From Aureliella sp. (GTDB lineage: Bacteria; Planctomycetota; Planctomycetia; Pirellulales; Pirellulaceae): a DNA stretch of 64,000 nucleotides. The DNA lies in contig OY829846.1 of the NCBI GenBank assembly GCA_963691875.1, positions 1,184,001-1,248,000 on the forward strand, read 5' to 3'. The translations under genes were made by a program, and so were the position numbers. Under the pieces are notes generated by a model. That model saw only the letters and a program-made list of their open reading frames with translations, was not told where the DNA came from and did not search any database. Positions 1 to 9,278 of the stretch are shown here, one piece after another. Each line of letters starts with the position of its first letter. Position 1 is the first letter of the stretch.

Positions 1-1584
1 GCGGAGTCTTATACTGCCAACTCCGTTGCCTCGATCATGCTTTATGACGAGCAAAGAAAGCAACTGTATGTTGAGCACGGCCCTAGTTTGAGTCCAGAGG
101 CAGTCGACGCTTTCAACGGTTTAGATTCCGGTGATGGCTCTTGTGGAAACGCCGTTTATCATTCCGAACCAATGTATGTTTGCAACACCTTCGAGGATCG
201 GCGTTGGATACGAATTGTCGACGTGGCTCGTCGTTTTGGCATCTGCTCTTGCTTCTCTTTTCCCATCTTCGACAAAAACAGAGAGGCGATCGGTTCGTTC
301 GCAATAAGCAGTTTTGAGCACCGCACACCAGAAGGTTTTCATCGGGCTTTGCTTGAGACATGCACCTCGATTGCCGGTGTATTGATTCAGCGCCGCGAAG
401 ACGAGAAATTGCAGCGGAAAGTGTTTGAAGAGCAGATGAAGAGGGAGAAGCTAGAGTCACTCGCGGTTCTGGCAGGCGGAGTTGCGCATGATTTCAATAA
501 TTTGCTCGCTGCAACAATGGCCAACGTCGATTTCGTTGCAGAGCAGACGACAGACACGTTTGCAAAGGAGAGCTTGGAGCTGGCTCTTGACGCTATGGAA
601 ACCGCGAGCGAACTCACTCGCCAACTGCAGACTTACTCCAGTGGTGGAGCGCTAGAGATCAAGCCAACGGACCTGCGAGAGCTTATCGACGAGTTCTCAG
701 AGTTTGTATTGCATGGAATTCCTGTCCGTTTGAAACGCACAGGGTTGGGCGCTGACGAATTTCCAATACTCAATTTGGACTCGGTACAGATTGGTCAACT
801 CATTCAAAACCTCGTCATCAATGCTCGGCAGGCAATGCCGGAAGGCGGAACAATCGAAATTCACTGCTCAGCAGTTCACGTTGTGGGGCGTGCCAATCTT
901 CAAGATGGCAAGTATTTGCTCATTCATGTCACAGATCAGGGATCAGGTATTCCAGAAGAAACACGAGGAAGAATCTTTGACCCACACTTTACGACTCGTG
1001 CCGAAGGTACCGGACTTGGCCTTTTTCTCTGCTACTCAATTGTAGAGAACCACGGCGGCACAATCGAATTATAGGAGAGCGGTGAGAAGGGCTCGCGGTT
1101 TGCTATCTATCTTCCCATTAACGCTGCAGACTCTTTGGAATTAAAAAATATCGAAAGCGCAATCAGTCCTGATAGAGGCGGCGTAGCCTTGGTCATGGAT
1201 GACGAAGAAATGATGCGCAAAACTCTAGAAAGAATACTGCCTCCGATGGGATTCGCAGTAACTGCTGTTTCTGATGGAGAAGAAGCGTTGAGTCACACCA
1301 GAAAAATGCTTGCCTCCGGAGATCAGCTCGATTTGGCCATCCTTGACCTCACCATTCCAGGCGGAATGGGAGGCGTCTAAACTCGCAAAGAACTGGCAAA
1401 ATTATCACCGCAAACCAAAGTAATCCTGACAACTGGGTACAGCACTGGGAAGTCCATCGAGTCCTTTCGTGACTGTGGCTTTTATGGTGTGATTGCCAAG
1501 CCGTTTCGCATGGATGGCCTCATCCGCGTCATTGGCGAAACCTTAAGCTCTCCATTGGATATGAGGAAAAACAGCACGGGATAG
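1..1584 (+). pseudogene. Hybrid sensor histidine kinase (GAF-HisKA-HATPase-receiver), cut by the left window edge and interrupted by two in-frame stops
   Basis: Frame 1 is open from base 1. GAF-like N-part, H-box AGGVAHDFNNLL, N-box NLVINARQAM, G boxes DQGSGI and GTGLGL. After TAG 1072-1074 the same frame reads ESGEKGSRFAIYLP and then receiver LVMDDEE...ILDLTIPGGMGGV. After TAA 1378-1380 it reads TRKELAKL...VILTTGYS...IAKPF to TAG at 1584. Confidence 0.85.
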
Positions 1585-1618
1585 TTGTGTATCTACCTCC
1601 ATAGAGACAGTGAGCCGC

Positions 1619-2755
1619 TCAGTAAATGCTTGAATTCTCCTGAAACACCAGCTGCAAAAACTTCGGTAAGTAGTCATCGCGCCAGACGCTCCAGTTGTGC
1701 GAGCCCCTGGTTTCAACGTAGTCATGCGCGATCTTAGCTTCTTTCAGTGCGGCGACAAAGCTCTGATTTCGCTCCAGCAGAAAGTCCTTGTCACCGCAGG
1801 CGATCCAGAGCTTGCGCAGACTCTTCGAGTTCTTCTTGAGCCCGGGAAAATCCTTGCCCAATGAGTCGCCGCTAGGAGCTGCCGCACTGAAAGCACCGAC
1901 CCAGCCGAATGTATCGAGATTGCCAAGGCCGATTCGCAGCGAGTGACCGCCCCCCATCGAAAGCCCCACAATCCCGCGCGCGTCCGTCGAGTCCTTGCAG
2001 CGATAATACTTCTCTACCAACGGAAGCACTTCGGTCATAACATCTTGTTCCATCTTCGCATCGTTGCGGCTGCCGTAGTCACTCTGACGCTTGCCGTATG
2101 GCAGAGGTTCGGGGTGACCGTAAGGCATCACGATGATCATCGGCTTCATTTTTTTCTGGGCAAGCAGATTGTCGGCAATCCAGTTCGCTCTTCCGACTTC
2201 CGTCCAGGCGAGATAGTCGTCTCCGAAACCGTGTAGCAGGAACAGAATCGGATAGTCCTGTCTGCCGTTCTCGTATCCCGGCGGAGTGTACACCAATACA
2301 CTTCGATCACCTCCTGTGACCTTAGATGCATAAGTATGTGAATGCATTGAGCCGTGCGGCACCATCTGTTTCTCAGACAATAGCGCAGGCTCACCGGGTA
2401 CTTCCACGAGACTCGCTAAGGAGTACCACTTCTTGACCCAACGATTGAGAGGGTCAATCTGGCGGTTTCCATCCACATTGAAACTGTACTCATGGATACC
2501 AGGAGGAAGTGCCTTTGATCGCCCTTCCCACAACCCCGACGCTCCTTTTTGCAATTCAATTTTGCCATCGGGAACGCGAGAGATTTGCACAGTGACCGAT
2601 TCTGCCTTAGGGGCCATATGCCTTATCGTCACACTGCCGTCTCCGTGTACTTCCGGTGACTTCACTCGCTGAGCATTACAGTTGCTTGCGATCGCAGCGA
2701 CAGTGATCGCAGTTACGAATCGGAAATAAAATTTGTTCGAAAGTAGAGCTTGCAT
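1619..2755 (-). CDS. Secreted esterase (Fes/feruloyl/acetyl-xylan esterase-like alpha/beta hydrolase with N-terminal E-set/CBM48-like domain)
   Basis: Signal peptide; SPEVHGDGSVT...YSFNVDG...DPLN N-domain; VYTPPGY, LLHGFGD, nucleophile elbow GLSMGG, GSHNWSVWR. Confidence 0.85.
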   Translation of the reverse strand: MQALLSNKFYFRFVTAITVAAIASNCNAQRVKSPEVHGDGSVTIRHMAPKAESVTVQISRVPDGKIELQKGASGLWEGRSKALPPGIHEYSFNVDGNRQIDPLNRWVKKWYSLASLVEVPGEPALLSEKQMVPHGSMHSHTYASKVTGGDRSVLVYTPPGYENGRQDYPILFLLHGFGDDYLAWTEVGRANWIADNLLAQKKMKPMIIVMPYGHPEPLPYGKRQSDYGSRNDAKMEQDVMTEVLPLVEKYYRCKDSTDARGIVGLSMGGGHSLRIGLGNLDTFGWVGAFSAAAPSGDSLGKDFPGLKKNSKSLRKLWIACGDKDFLLERNQSFVAALKEAKIAHDYVETRGSHNWSVWRDDYLPKFLQLVFQENSSIY

Positions 2756-3015
2756 GTCTGCGCTGCGATTTGAGTAGAAACAAGAGGAAGCTTCTTAGGA
2801 TACACCTTCCCGGCGACTTTTGCTGAAGCGAATGCTATCGTTTTTCACGCGCATGGGTTACTGATTCACGCCAGAAGCTATTGCTCTACTCCTCAATTTA
2901 GTTCTCATTCTTAATCTCTGACTTAGTCCTGCGCGTACTCCTGCTCGAAGAGGCGGATCTTGCGTGCCGAATCGTCTTTTCTGCCCACGAACATTGGTCG
3001 CGCCTTAACACTACG

Positions 3016-3045
3016 AAAAAAGGCACCTCAATGAAGGTGCCTTTT
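3016..3045 (-). terminator. Intrinsic terminator downstream of fdxA
   Basis: Perfect 11-bp inverted repeat AAAAGGCACCT-caatga-AGGTGCCTTTT; the A6 on the + strand gives a U-tract on the - strand; about 35 bp after the fdxA stop. Confidence 0.8.
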
Positions 3046-3080
3046 CTACAGTCTATTTCGTCGCTCACGATCGCTGAATT

Positions 3081-3359
3081 TTAGCTATCGGTCAGCGGAG
3101 TCTTCTTCTCGGTGATAACTTCGCACTCCTCGGCCTTTTCAGCGTTTAGTGCAATGTAGCTTTGCCATTCTTCTGGCAGGTTGTCTTCATGAAAGATTGC
3201 TTCAACAGGGCACTCAGGCACACAGGCCTCACAATCGATGCACTCATCGGGGTGGATGTACAACATCTTCTCCCCTTCGTAGAAACATTCGACCGGACAA
3301 ACCACGACGCAGTCTGTGTAGCGGCATCCATCACAGGGTTGTGCAACGACGTGAGTCAT
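3081..3359 (-). CDS. fdxA: 7Fe ([3Fe-4S]/[4Fe-4S]) ferredoxin, FdxA type
   Basis: [29 protein letters not shown]...[21 protein letters not shown] plus acidic C-terminal tail. Confidence 0.92.
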   Translation of the reverse strand: MTHVVAQPCDGCRYTDCVVVCPVECFYEGEKMLYIHPDECIDCEACVPECPVEAIFHEDNLPEEWQSYIALNAEKAEECEVITEKKTPLTDS

Positions 3360-3725
3360 GCTGAATTACCTTTCTATGCAAAATCGAAAAACGGTGTTTT
3401 TCAGAGTCAAATTGACGAAAAAGGGCTTTCAGCTCGTCAGCGGTCCTGCCGGTAGTGAGCCGAAAACTCCTCGGCTGATGGTATAGCTGCCTTTGGGGAG
3501 TGTCAAGCTAAGGCGTTGCCCTGAAAGGACATCGGTTATTTGCCCAAGTGAAATAAGTCGTTTTCTCTAGCTTGATTGAGCTTTGTCGTCCACCTACCAT
3601 AGAAGAGGGGATTCAGGGCTCAAGTGGGCTCATTTGCTGGGCAACACCGCAAATGACGTTCCGATGGGCCAAGTCCACTCTGTGCTGATGCACAGCCTTT
3701 TCTACTTGAATTCTGGCTGACTTCC

Positions 3726-4277
3726 ATGGTGCTCTCGGATCGCGATCGAGATTTGATGACACGTTGCCTTTCAGGCAACGATGGAGCATGGGAAGACTTT
3801 ATCGATCGCTATCTAGCCCTCATTACTCATGTAGTGACGCGATCGGCCAATCTGAAGTTCCCCAGTCTGCCGACTTACGTTCGAGACGATATCGTAGCTG
3901 AGATCCTTCTAGCCTTGGTGGATAACGATTTCGCGATATTGCGACGCTTTCGCGAACAGAGTTCGCTTGGAACTTATTTGGTCGTAATCGCACGTCGAAT
4001 CACAGTGCGGCGTCTGAGTCGGATTCCGGCACCCAAGTCGCTCGAACTTGATGTCGAACAATCGCAAACACCGCAGTCATCCCAGCTGGAGGATAGCGAG
4101 GATGTGCAACAGCTGTTGAGTGAGATGGAGGACCAAGAAGCGACAGCGATTCGCCTGTTTCACCTTGAGCATCAGAGTTACAGCGACATTGGTCAGCACA
4201 TGGGAATACCCGAGAACAGTGTTGGACCTTTGCTAAGCCGCGCTCGCAAGAGCATGCGAATGCTCCGCGAATCTTAA
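3726..4277 (+). CDS. ECF-family RNA polymerase sigma-70 factor
   Basis: Region 2 (AWEDFIDRY...DDIVAEILLAL...SLGTYLVVIARR) and region 4 HTH (SYSDIGQHMGIPENSVGPLLSRAR). Confidence 0.9.
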   Translation: MVLSDRDRDLMTRCLSGNDGAWEDFIDRYLALITHVVTRSANLKFPSLPTYVRDDIVAEILLALVDNDFAILRRFREQSSLGTYLVVIARRITVRRLSRIPAPKSLELDVEQSQTPQSSQLEDSEDVQQLLSEMEDQEATAIRLFHLEHQSYSDIGQHMGIPENSVGPLLSRARKSMRMLRES

Positions 4278-4589
4278 CGCAAACTGTTTTTCCCACCTCG
4301 TATACGCCCGCCAGAGTGCACTATTTGGCAATTTACTCTCGGTCTCGGTATTTGAGATTACAGTATTCAAGAACCAGGGGAGATTGCAATGAGCGAAGAG
4401 CAAACACTACCTTCACCAAGCTCGTTCAAGTCCTACTTCAAACAGCTTTTAGTGTTGCACTTCCAGGTGCGGTGGGCGGCCTCGTTCTCGAACTGCTCAC
4501 CAAGAATCCAAAAGTCACGCCTGACGCTCCTGATCCTGCTGTTGAAAGTTAATCTGTCACCGAAACAACAGGCGAATTTGACACTTCCA

Positions 4590-4960
4590 AATCGATTTGA
4601 ATGGTCAGCCGCTTCACAGATCTGGACAATCCAGTCTGCGGCCTGATTTTTCTTTAGTGATCCTTGCTGAAGTCGTTCCGCCAGGGAGCCGCCTTCCATA
4701 AACTTGCTGACGATAAAGGGCTCACTATCCTCGACTCCAAACTCTTACACTTCGACGACAGAAGGGTGGGATAACAGTGCGGCGGATTCCGCCTCCCGTT
4801 GAAAGTGAGGGTAGAGTTGTGATTCTTCGTCCAGGATTGCGGAACTTGAGATCTTGGTAGCGACAAAGCGTTTTCGTTGCGAGTCCCAAACGCGATACAC
4901 ACCCGCAAAACCAACTTCGGCTACTTTTTCGCGGTTTGTAAAACACGCCTCCTCGTCAAA
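4590..4960 (-). pseudogene. Remnant of a Ser/Thr protein kinase N-lobe (coordinates approximate)
   Basis: Degenerate Gly-loop VAEVGFAGVYRVWD, VATKI, FQREAESAALLSHPSVVEV, in-frame TAA 4745-4747, then EFGVEDSEPFIVSKFMEGGSLAERL...AADWIVQICEAADH; no HRD/DFG region follows. Confidence 0.75.
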
Positions 4961-5099
4961 TTGATTCTCAGACGCTCGCCATAATTTCTCTGATTGCAAT
5001 TCAGCCAAGCTCTGAGATCGGCCAGATCTGGCAGGCAAGGCGTTACTCTTCTGCTCGAGGCTGCTCCGCTTCCTCTGCGGCATTTTCACGTCGAAGAAG

Positions 5100-5376
5100 A
5101 AAATCGTTGTTGAGCACATCCACCGCAAACTGCTTGTCGCGAAGACTCCTTGCTCTCTCGGAAGGACTCGCCGATGGTCGCCCACGCCAAGAAAATTGCC
5201 AAAGATGCTCGGGCAAATATCGCCTGAATCGACAACTCGGAGCAATAGGTAAAGGTCAATCGGAGACGAATTCGTCTCCGAATCTGCGGTGCGTATTCAC
5301 GGACAATCTGCTCAGCAGCAGCCCCATCTCCCGCTCTTAGTCTGCCAACCAATTCTGTACCTGTAAGATCGTTCAC
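5100..5376 (-). pseudogene. Frameshifted, truncated ECF sigma factor remnant (3' limit approximate)
   Basis: ELVGRLRAGDGAAAEQIVREYAPQIRRRIRLRL continues in another frame as LRVVDSGDICPSIFGNF, a planctomycete ECF region-2 pattern; region 4 is missing. Confidence 0.7.
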
Positions 5377-5501
5377 GCTGCGCTAAATCGTGAACTATCC
5401 GTCGGACTGTCAAATGGATGAGCCGGCAAAGGCGGACTAAGCTCACTTGAACGATTCGGAAATCAGGTTATTCACAAGGCGATCACAACGAATCGCCGAA
5501 C

Positions 5502-6041
5502 CTAGTTAGCTTCTGCTGGCTTAGGCTCAGTCTCTCCCTCACCGCTTGACTGGGATGTGGGTGGACCAACGGCTTCGTTCTCAGGCTGCGGCTTCTCCTC
5601 CGGCGGCACGGCCGGCACTGACTTCTTTTCCGGCAGTTTACCATTCAATGCATCCAACAGTACTTGCTTATCCTGAGAACCAACAAGTGTTGCAGTAATT
5701 TCCCCGCCTTTGAAGACCAAGAAAGTTGGCACCACGCTGACTTGGAAGCGATCGGCCACTTCCTGAGCTGCAGGTGCGTTGATCTTTCCAATCATGAATT
5801 CCTGGTGATCCCGCGCCAGCTCTTTCAGAATTGGTTCCATCCGATCGCAAGGCGGACAATTGGGCCCCCAGAACTCGACCAAGACCGTCTGCTGCGTTCG
5901 AATCACGAGAGGGATAAAGTTTTCGGTGTCAAACGGGATCACGACCCCAGTCGGGCGATTCGATTTTTTCGGCTCAACAACATCTTGTTCGCACGCAGTG
6001 CACAACGGAATCAGGATCAAAAAAGCAAACAGCTTTCGCAT
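5502..6041 (-). CDS. Thioredoxin-domain lipoprotein with Pro/Glu-rich C-terminal tail
   Basis: Likely start ATG 6041 (MRKLFAFLILIPLCTAC, lipobox-like); VLVEFWGPNCPPC active site; VVPTFLVFKGG cis-Pro motif. Confidence 0.85.
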   Translation of the reverse strand: MRKLFAFLILIPLCTACEQDVVEPKKSNRPTGVVIPFDTENFIPLVIRTQQTVLVEFWGPNCPPCDRMEPILKELARDHQEFMIGKINAPAAQEVADRFQVSVVPTFLVFKGGEITATLVGSQDKQVLLDALNGKLPEKKSVPAVPPEEKPQPENEAVGPPTSQSSGEGETEPKPAEAN

Positions 6042-6648
6042 CGAAGGAAGCCTCAATGGATCAATTTCTCGTAAAGTAAGAGTCTGGCCCAGGCGGCGTG
6101 ACTGGGACCGCATAAGGGCAGATCGAAGTTCAAATTTTTTGGTGGACTGCTACTTCGCAAATTTTCGTGAGGTGAAAGCGTCGAGTTGCGGCAGAAGGTT
6201 GCGGAATGCTTACGTATCTGCATTAAATTGTGTTTTCGACATCGCTGGCAATCCCACATTTTCTGAACCACCGTTCTCCAGATTAGCACAACTTCCCAGT
6301 CGCGGGGGCAGTTTACTATTCTGAACAGAATACAAGAAGCAGGGAAAAGAGCCGTTGGGGTTGCAGCCTGCAGCACGGAAATCGGACCGGACAATCGATA
6401 CGGTCGTTAGAGTCAAAATAGGAGGACCCGGCAATGCATGCTAATGGCGTAAACTTTGGTAATTCGGTAAGAAATGCTCGCACTCGGGGTCGAAACTGTT
6501 CGCGGAAGATTTACCGAGGAGTGCGCCATGGATGCCGTAACTCGACTGGCCGACCAATTACAAAAAACGGTTGTCGGCAGCGCAGCATACGTGCGAGCGG
6601 TAAGCAAACCTCACTCAATCCTGGACATGTCTAGTGGAGACTAAGGAA

Positions 6649-7248
6649 ATGTCATTACGAATTGTTGCTTTGTTGGCACTCGCTGCAAGCTTTACGTTTG
6701 CACCAGCCAACGCAAATGCTGGCCTTTTTGGCCTCCGCAGTCACGACTGTGACTGTGCTGCAGCTCCTAGCTGTGGATGTGAAATCGCTGAGCCTACTTG
6801 CGGTTGCGAAGTTGCTGAGCCCACTTGCGGAGTCGAAGTAGCTGCATGTGACCCTTGTGGTTGCAGTGCGCCTCGCATGGGCTTGCTGGCTCGACTAAAG
6901 GCTCGTTTCGCTGCTAAGAATGCTTGCTGCGACGCTGAGCCAACCTGCGGTTGCGAAATTGCTGAGCCTACTTGCGGTTGCGAAGTTGCTGAGCCTACTT
7001 GCGGTTGCGAAGTTGCTGAGCCTACTTGCGGTTGCGAAGTTGCTGAGCCTACTTGCGGAGTCGAAGTAACTGCATGTGACCCTTGCGGTTGCAGCACTCC
7101 TCGCGTTGGCCTGCTAGCTCGCCTTAAGGCGAAACTTAGCTCCATGTGCGACAAGGGTTGCGACATGGGTTGCGAGCCAACCTGCGGTTGCGAAATCGTT
7201 GAGCCAAGCTGCGGTTGCGAAGTAGCTCCTAGCTGCGGATGTGAATAA
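6649..7248 (+). CDS. Secreted cysteine-rich tandem-repeat protein (EPTCGCEVA repeats)
   Basis: RBS GGAG...AAGGA before ATG 6649; signal peptide ending ANA; 33 Cys in the 175-aa mature part; strongly biased codons; followed by two hairpins. Confidence 0.85.
   Translation: MSLRIVALLALAASFTFAPANANAGLFGLRSHDCDCAAAPSCGCEIAEPTCGCEVAEPTCGVEVAACDPCGCSAPRMGLLARLKARFAAKNACCDAEPTCGCEIAEPTCGCEVAEPTCGCEVAEPTCGCEVAEPTCGVEVTACDPCGCSTPRVGLLARLKAKLSSMCDKGCDMGCEPTCGCEIVEPSCGCEVAPSCGCE
6787..7068 (+). repeat. 27-bp coding tandem repeats GCTGAGCCTACTTGCGGTTGCGAAGTT (2 units at 6787-6840, 5 units at 6934-7068)
   Basis: Units at 6787, 6961, 6988 and 7015 are identical; the others differ at a few bases; no spacers. 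Confidence 0.95.
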
Positions 7249-7252
7249 GCTC

Positions 7253-7317
7253 CTTTTTTGGGCTTCGGTCCAAAAAAAGAAATCTGCTTGCGGCGACAGT
7301 TTTGTCGCCGTTTTTTT
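7253..7317 (+). terminator. Tandem hairpins after the Cys-rich gene; the second is a canonical intrinsic terminator
   Basis: Hairpin 1 CTTTTTTGGGC-TTCG-GTCCAAAAAAAG (7253-7279, cUUCGg tetraloop). Hairpin 2 CGGCGACA-gttt-TGTCGCCG followed by T7 (7291-7317). Confidence 0.85.
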
Positions 7318-7507
7318 ATGCGCTAACAGAACGCGGAACAGTCCTTGCTCTTTGGCTAGAGCTCCTCGCATCGCATGCTTGATTTCCGCCTGCACAGCCA
7401 AGAGAATAAGTCGGCCAGCTTCCCCACCCTATTCCCCCAGCTCAGGATTTTGCTCTAGCGACGCAGCAAAACATCTATTCATGCACGAACGAATCCGCAG
7501 CTTCTCG

Positions 7508-8224
7508 ATGCGCCAAGTCGCTCCATTTTTGTTGTTTGCCATGCTTGGCTCTGGGGCTGTCGCTCAACCGACGAAACTAAAGAACGATTTGACTGCATGG
7601 ACCAGCATGTTCAATGGCAAGAACCTGGACGGCTGGACGGCAATGCCCGCCAATACGGCATCGGACTGGGTCGTCGAAGACGGCGCGATTATCGGCCGCG
7701 GGAGCAAGCACCGAAGCTATATTACCTGGAAGGACCAAGACGTAGCGAACTTTGAGATGCATTTAAGTTATCGCTTTCCCGGGAAAGGCAATAGCGGTGT
7801 TAGCATCCGAGCTGTGGTGGACGAAACAAAGAAACGTGATTTCAAGTGTTACCATGCCGACTTTGGTCACGTTGGCATTGGCAAAAACGTTCTTGGTGCC
7901 TGGGATTTCCACACCCCGGGAAGAACTGAACATCGCTGCTTTCGAGGAGACAGCTTAGTCATTGCACGCGATGACAAACCAACGGTCACGCAAATCAAAA
8001 ATGCGTTGCAACAAGAAGAGATTCATCAAGGCGGCTGGAACCGGGTGCGTATCGTTGCTCGCAACAACCACTTTGAGCTGTATCTCAATGGCAAGCTTTC
8101 ATCAGAGTTTACCGAATATCTTCCTGAAGCGAGAAGGCTGAAGTCTGGCATGATTCAATTGCAACTGCACGATCCAGGTATGGAAGTGCAATTCAAGGAC
8201 CTTAGTATTCGCCTCTTCGATTGA
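7508..8224 (+). CDS. DUF1080 (3-keto-disaccharide hydrolase-like) secreted protein
   Basis: Signal peptide from ATG 7508 (7481 also possible); MFNGKNLDGW, WVVEDGAIIG, GNSGV, WNRVRI, GMIQLQLH, VQFKDL motifs. Confidence 0.88.
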   Translation: MRQVAPFLLFAMLGSGAVAQPTKLKNDLTAWTSMFNGKNLDGWTAMPANTASDWVVEDGAIIGRGSKHRSYITWKDQDVANFEMHLSYRFPGKGNSGVSIRAVVDETKKRDFKCYHADFGHVGIGKNVLGAWDFHTPGRTEHRCFRGDSLVIARDDKPTVTQIKNALQQEEIHQGGWNRVRIVARNNHFELYLNGKLSSEFTEYLPEARRLKSGMIQLQLHDPGMEVQFKDLSIRLFD

Positions 8225-9246
8225 AAATAGAAATGAACGAAAGTAGCTCTGAGCCCAAGCTGGTAGAAGTGCCGAACATGCAAAGTTGGAATGGGCGAGT
8301 CTTTCCACTCGCCTACACCGGCGGATCGAGAGATTCTGGTGGCTTGTCTACTTGGCTAGTCACGTGGCTAGTGCACAACAAGCAGATGCTCAAGCAACAA
8401 GCAACCGAGCACGGCGCAGTTCTTTTTCGCGATTTTGGACTCGCAGGACCCGAGGATTTTGATCGTTTAATCGCGGCCCTGGCAATCGCGAACTTTCCTT
8501 ACCGCGAGTCACTCAGCAACGCAGTGAGGAAGAATTTCACCGATCGCGTTTTCTCAGCAAATGAAGCCCCGTCCTCGGTCAAGATTTATTTGCACCACGA
8601 GATGGCGCAGACGCCTCTTTTCCCTTCGGTGATCATTTTTTATTGTGATCAAGCCGCCGAGCAAGGTGGCGCGACCCCAATCTGCCGCTCCGATGTACTC
8701 TACGAATCAGTTCTTAAGTCGCATCCGAAGTTTATCCAAGAGCTGGAATCCAAGGGTCTGAAGTATTCGAACGTGATGCCTGGCGTTGACGATCCAGAAT
8801 CAGGAATGGGGCGAAGTTGGCAAAGCACACTTGGCGTGCAATCGAAAGACGAAGCCGAAACGCGACTGGCTCGGCTGAACTACAGTTGGGACTGGCTGGA
8901 TGGCGATAGCCTGCGTGCAACGACACCGGTTCTGCCAGCTGTGCGAACTCTGGTCGACGGTCGCAAGACGCTGTTCAATCAGCTTATCGCCGCCTACGCA
9001 GGTTGGAGTGATGATCGAAATGATCCATCCAGTGCAATCCGCCTGGGCGACAATAGCAAGCTGTCTGGAGATCCAGTCAGGACGTTGATCGACACAGCCT
9101 ACGAAATCACCTACGACTTGGTCTGGCAAACAGGTGACGCTGTGCTAATTGACAACACCCTGGTGATGCATGGTCGACGCCCCTTCGAGGGCGAGCGGCG
9201 TGTTCTCGCATCATTGGGCGATAAGCATACACATGCCTTTGCGTAG
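8221..9246 (+). CDS. TauD/TfdA-family Fe(II)/2-oxoglutarate dioxygenase (SyrP-like)
   Basis: HGAVLFRDF, HHEM (HxE), GGATP, WQTGDAVLIDN...HGRRPF...R; start may be ATG 8233. Confidence 0.88.
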   Translation: MKIEMNESSSEPKLVEVPNMQSWNGRVFPLAYTGGSRDSGGLSTWLVTWLVHNKQMLKQQATEHGAVLFRDFGLAGPEDFDRLIAALAIANFPYRESLSNAVRKNFTDRVFSANEAPSSVKIYLHHEMAQTPLFPSVIIFYCDQAAEQGGATPICRSDVLYESVLKSHPKFIQELESKGLKYSNVMPGVDDPESGMGRSWQSTLGVQSKDEAETRLARLNYSWDWLDGDSLRATTPVLPAVRTLVDGRKTLFNQLIAAYAGWSDDRNDPSSAIRLGDNSKLSGDPVRTLIDTAYEITYDLVWQTGDAVLIDNTLVMHGRRPFEGERRVLASLGDKHTHAFA

Positions 9247-9278
9247 ACGACCGAACCGAGCGATAGAAGGCCCACAGA

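Noticed and set aside
6787..7068. CRISPR array
   Set aside because: The 27-bp repeats are head-to-tail with no spacers, lie in frame in a CDS, and no cas genes are present.
6741..7166. Antisense ORF with SQPQVGSAT repeats
   Set aside because: It is the reverse-strand shadow of the Cys-rich gene, which has the RBS, signal peptide and terminator.
6649..7248. RiPP precursor cluster
   Set aside because: No radical SAM, YcaO, lanthipeptide, DUF692 or peptidase-transporter gene nearby, and the protein has an ordinary Sec-type signal. Processing by enzymes encoded elsewhere cannot be excluded.
7241..7507. Long N-terminal extension of the DUF1080 ORF (similar cases: 44044-45828, 50469-52172, 51976-53568, 41026-42639)
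   Set aside because: The extensions run through terminators or overlap neighbouring genes; downstream starts fit the family N-termini better.
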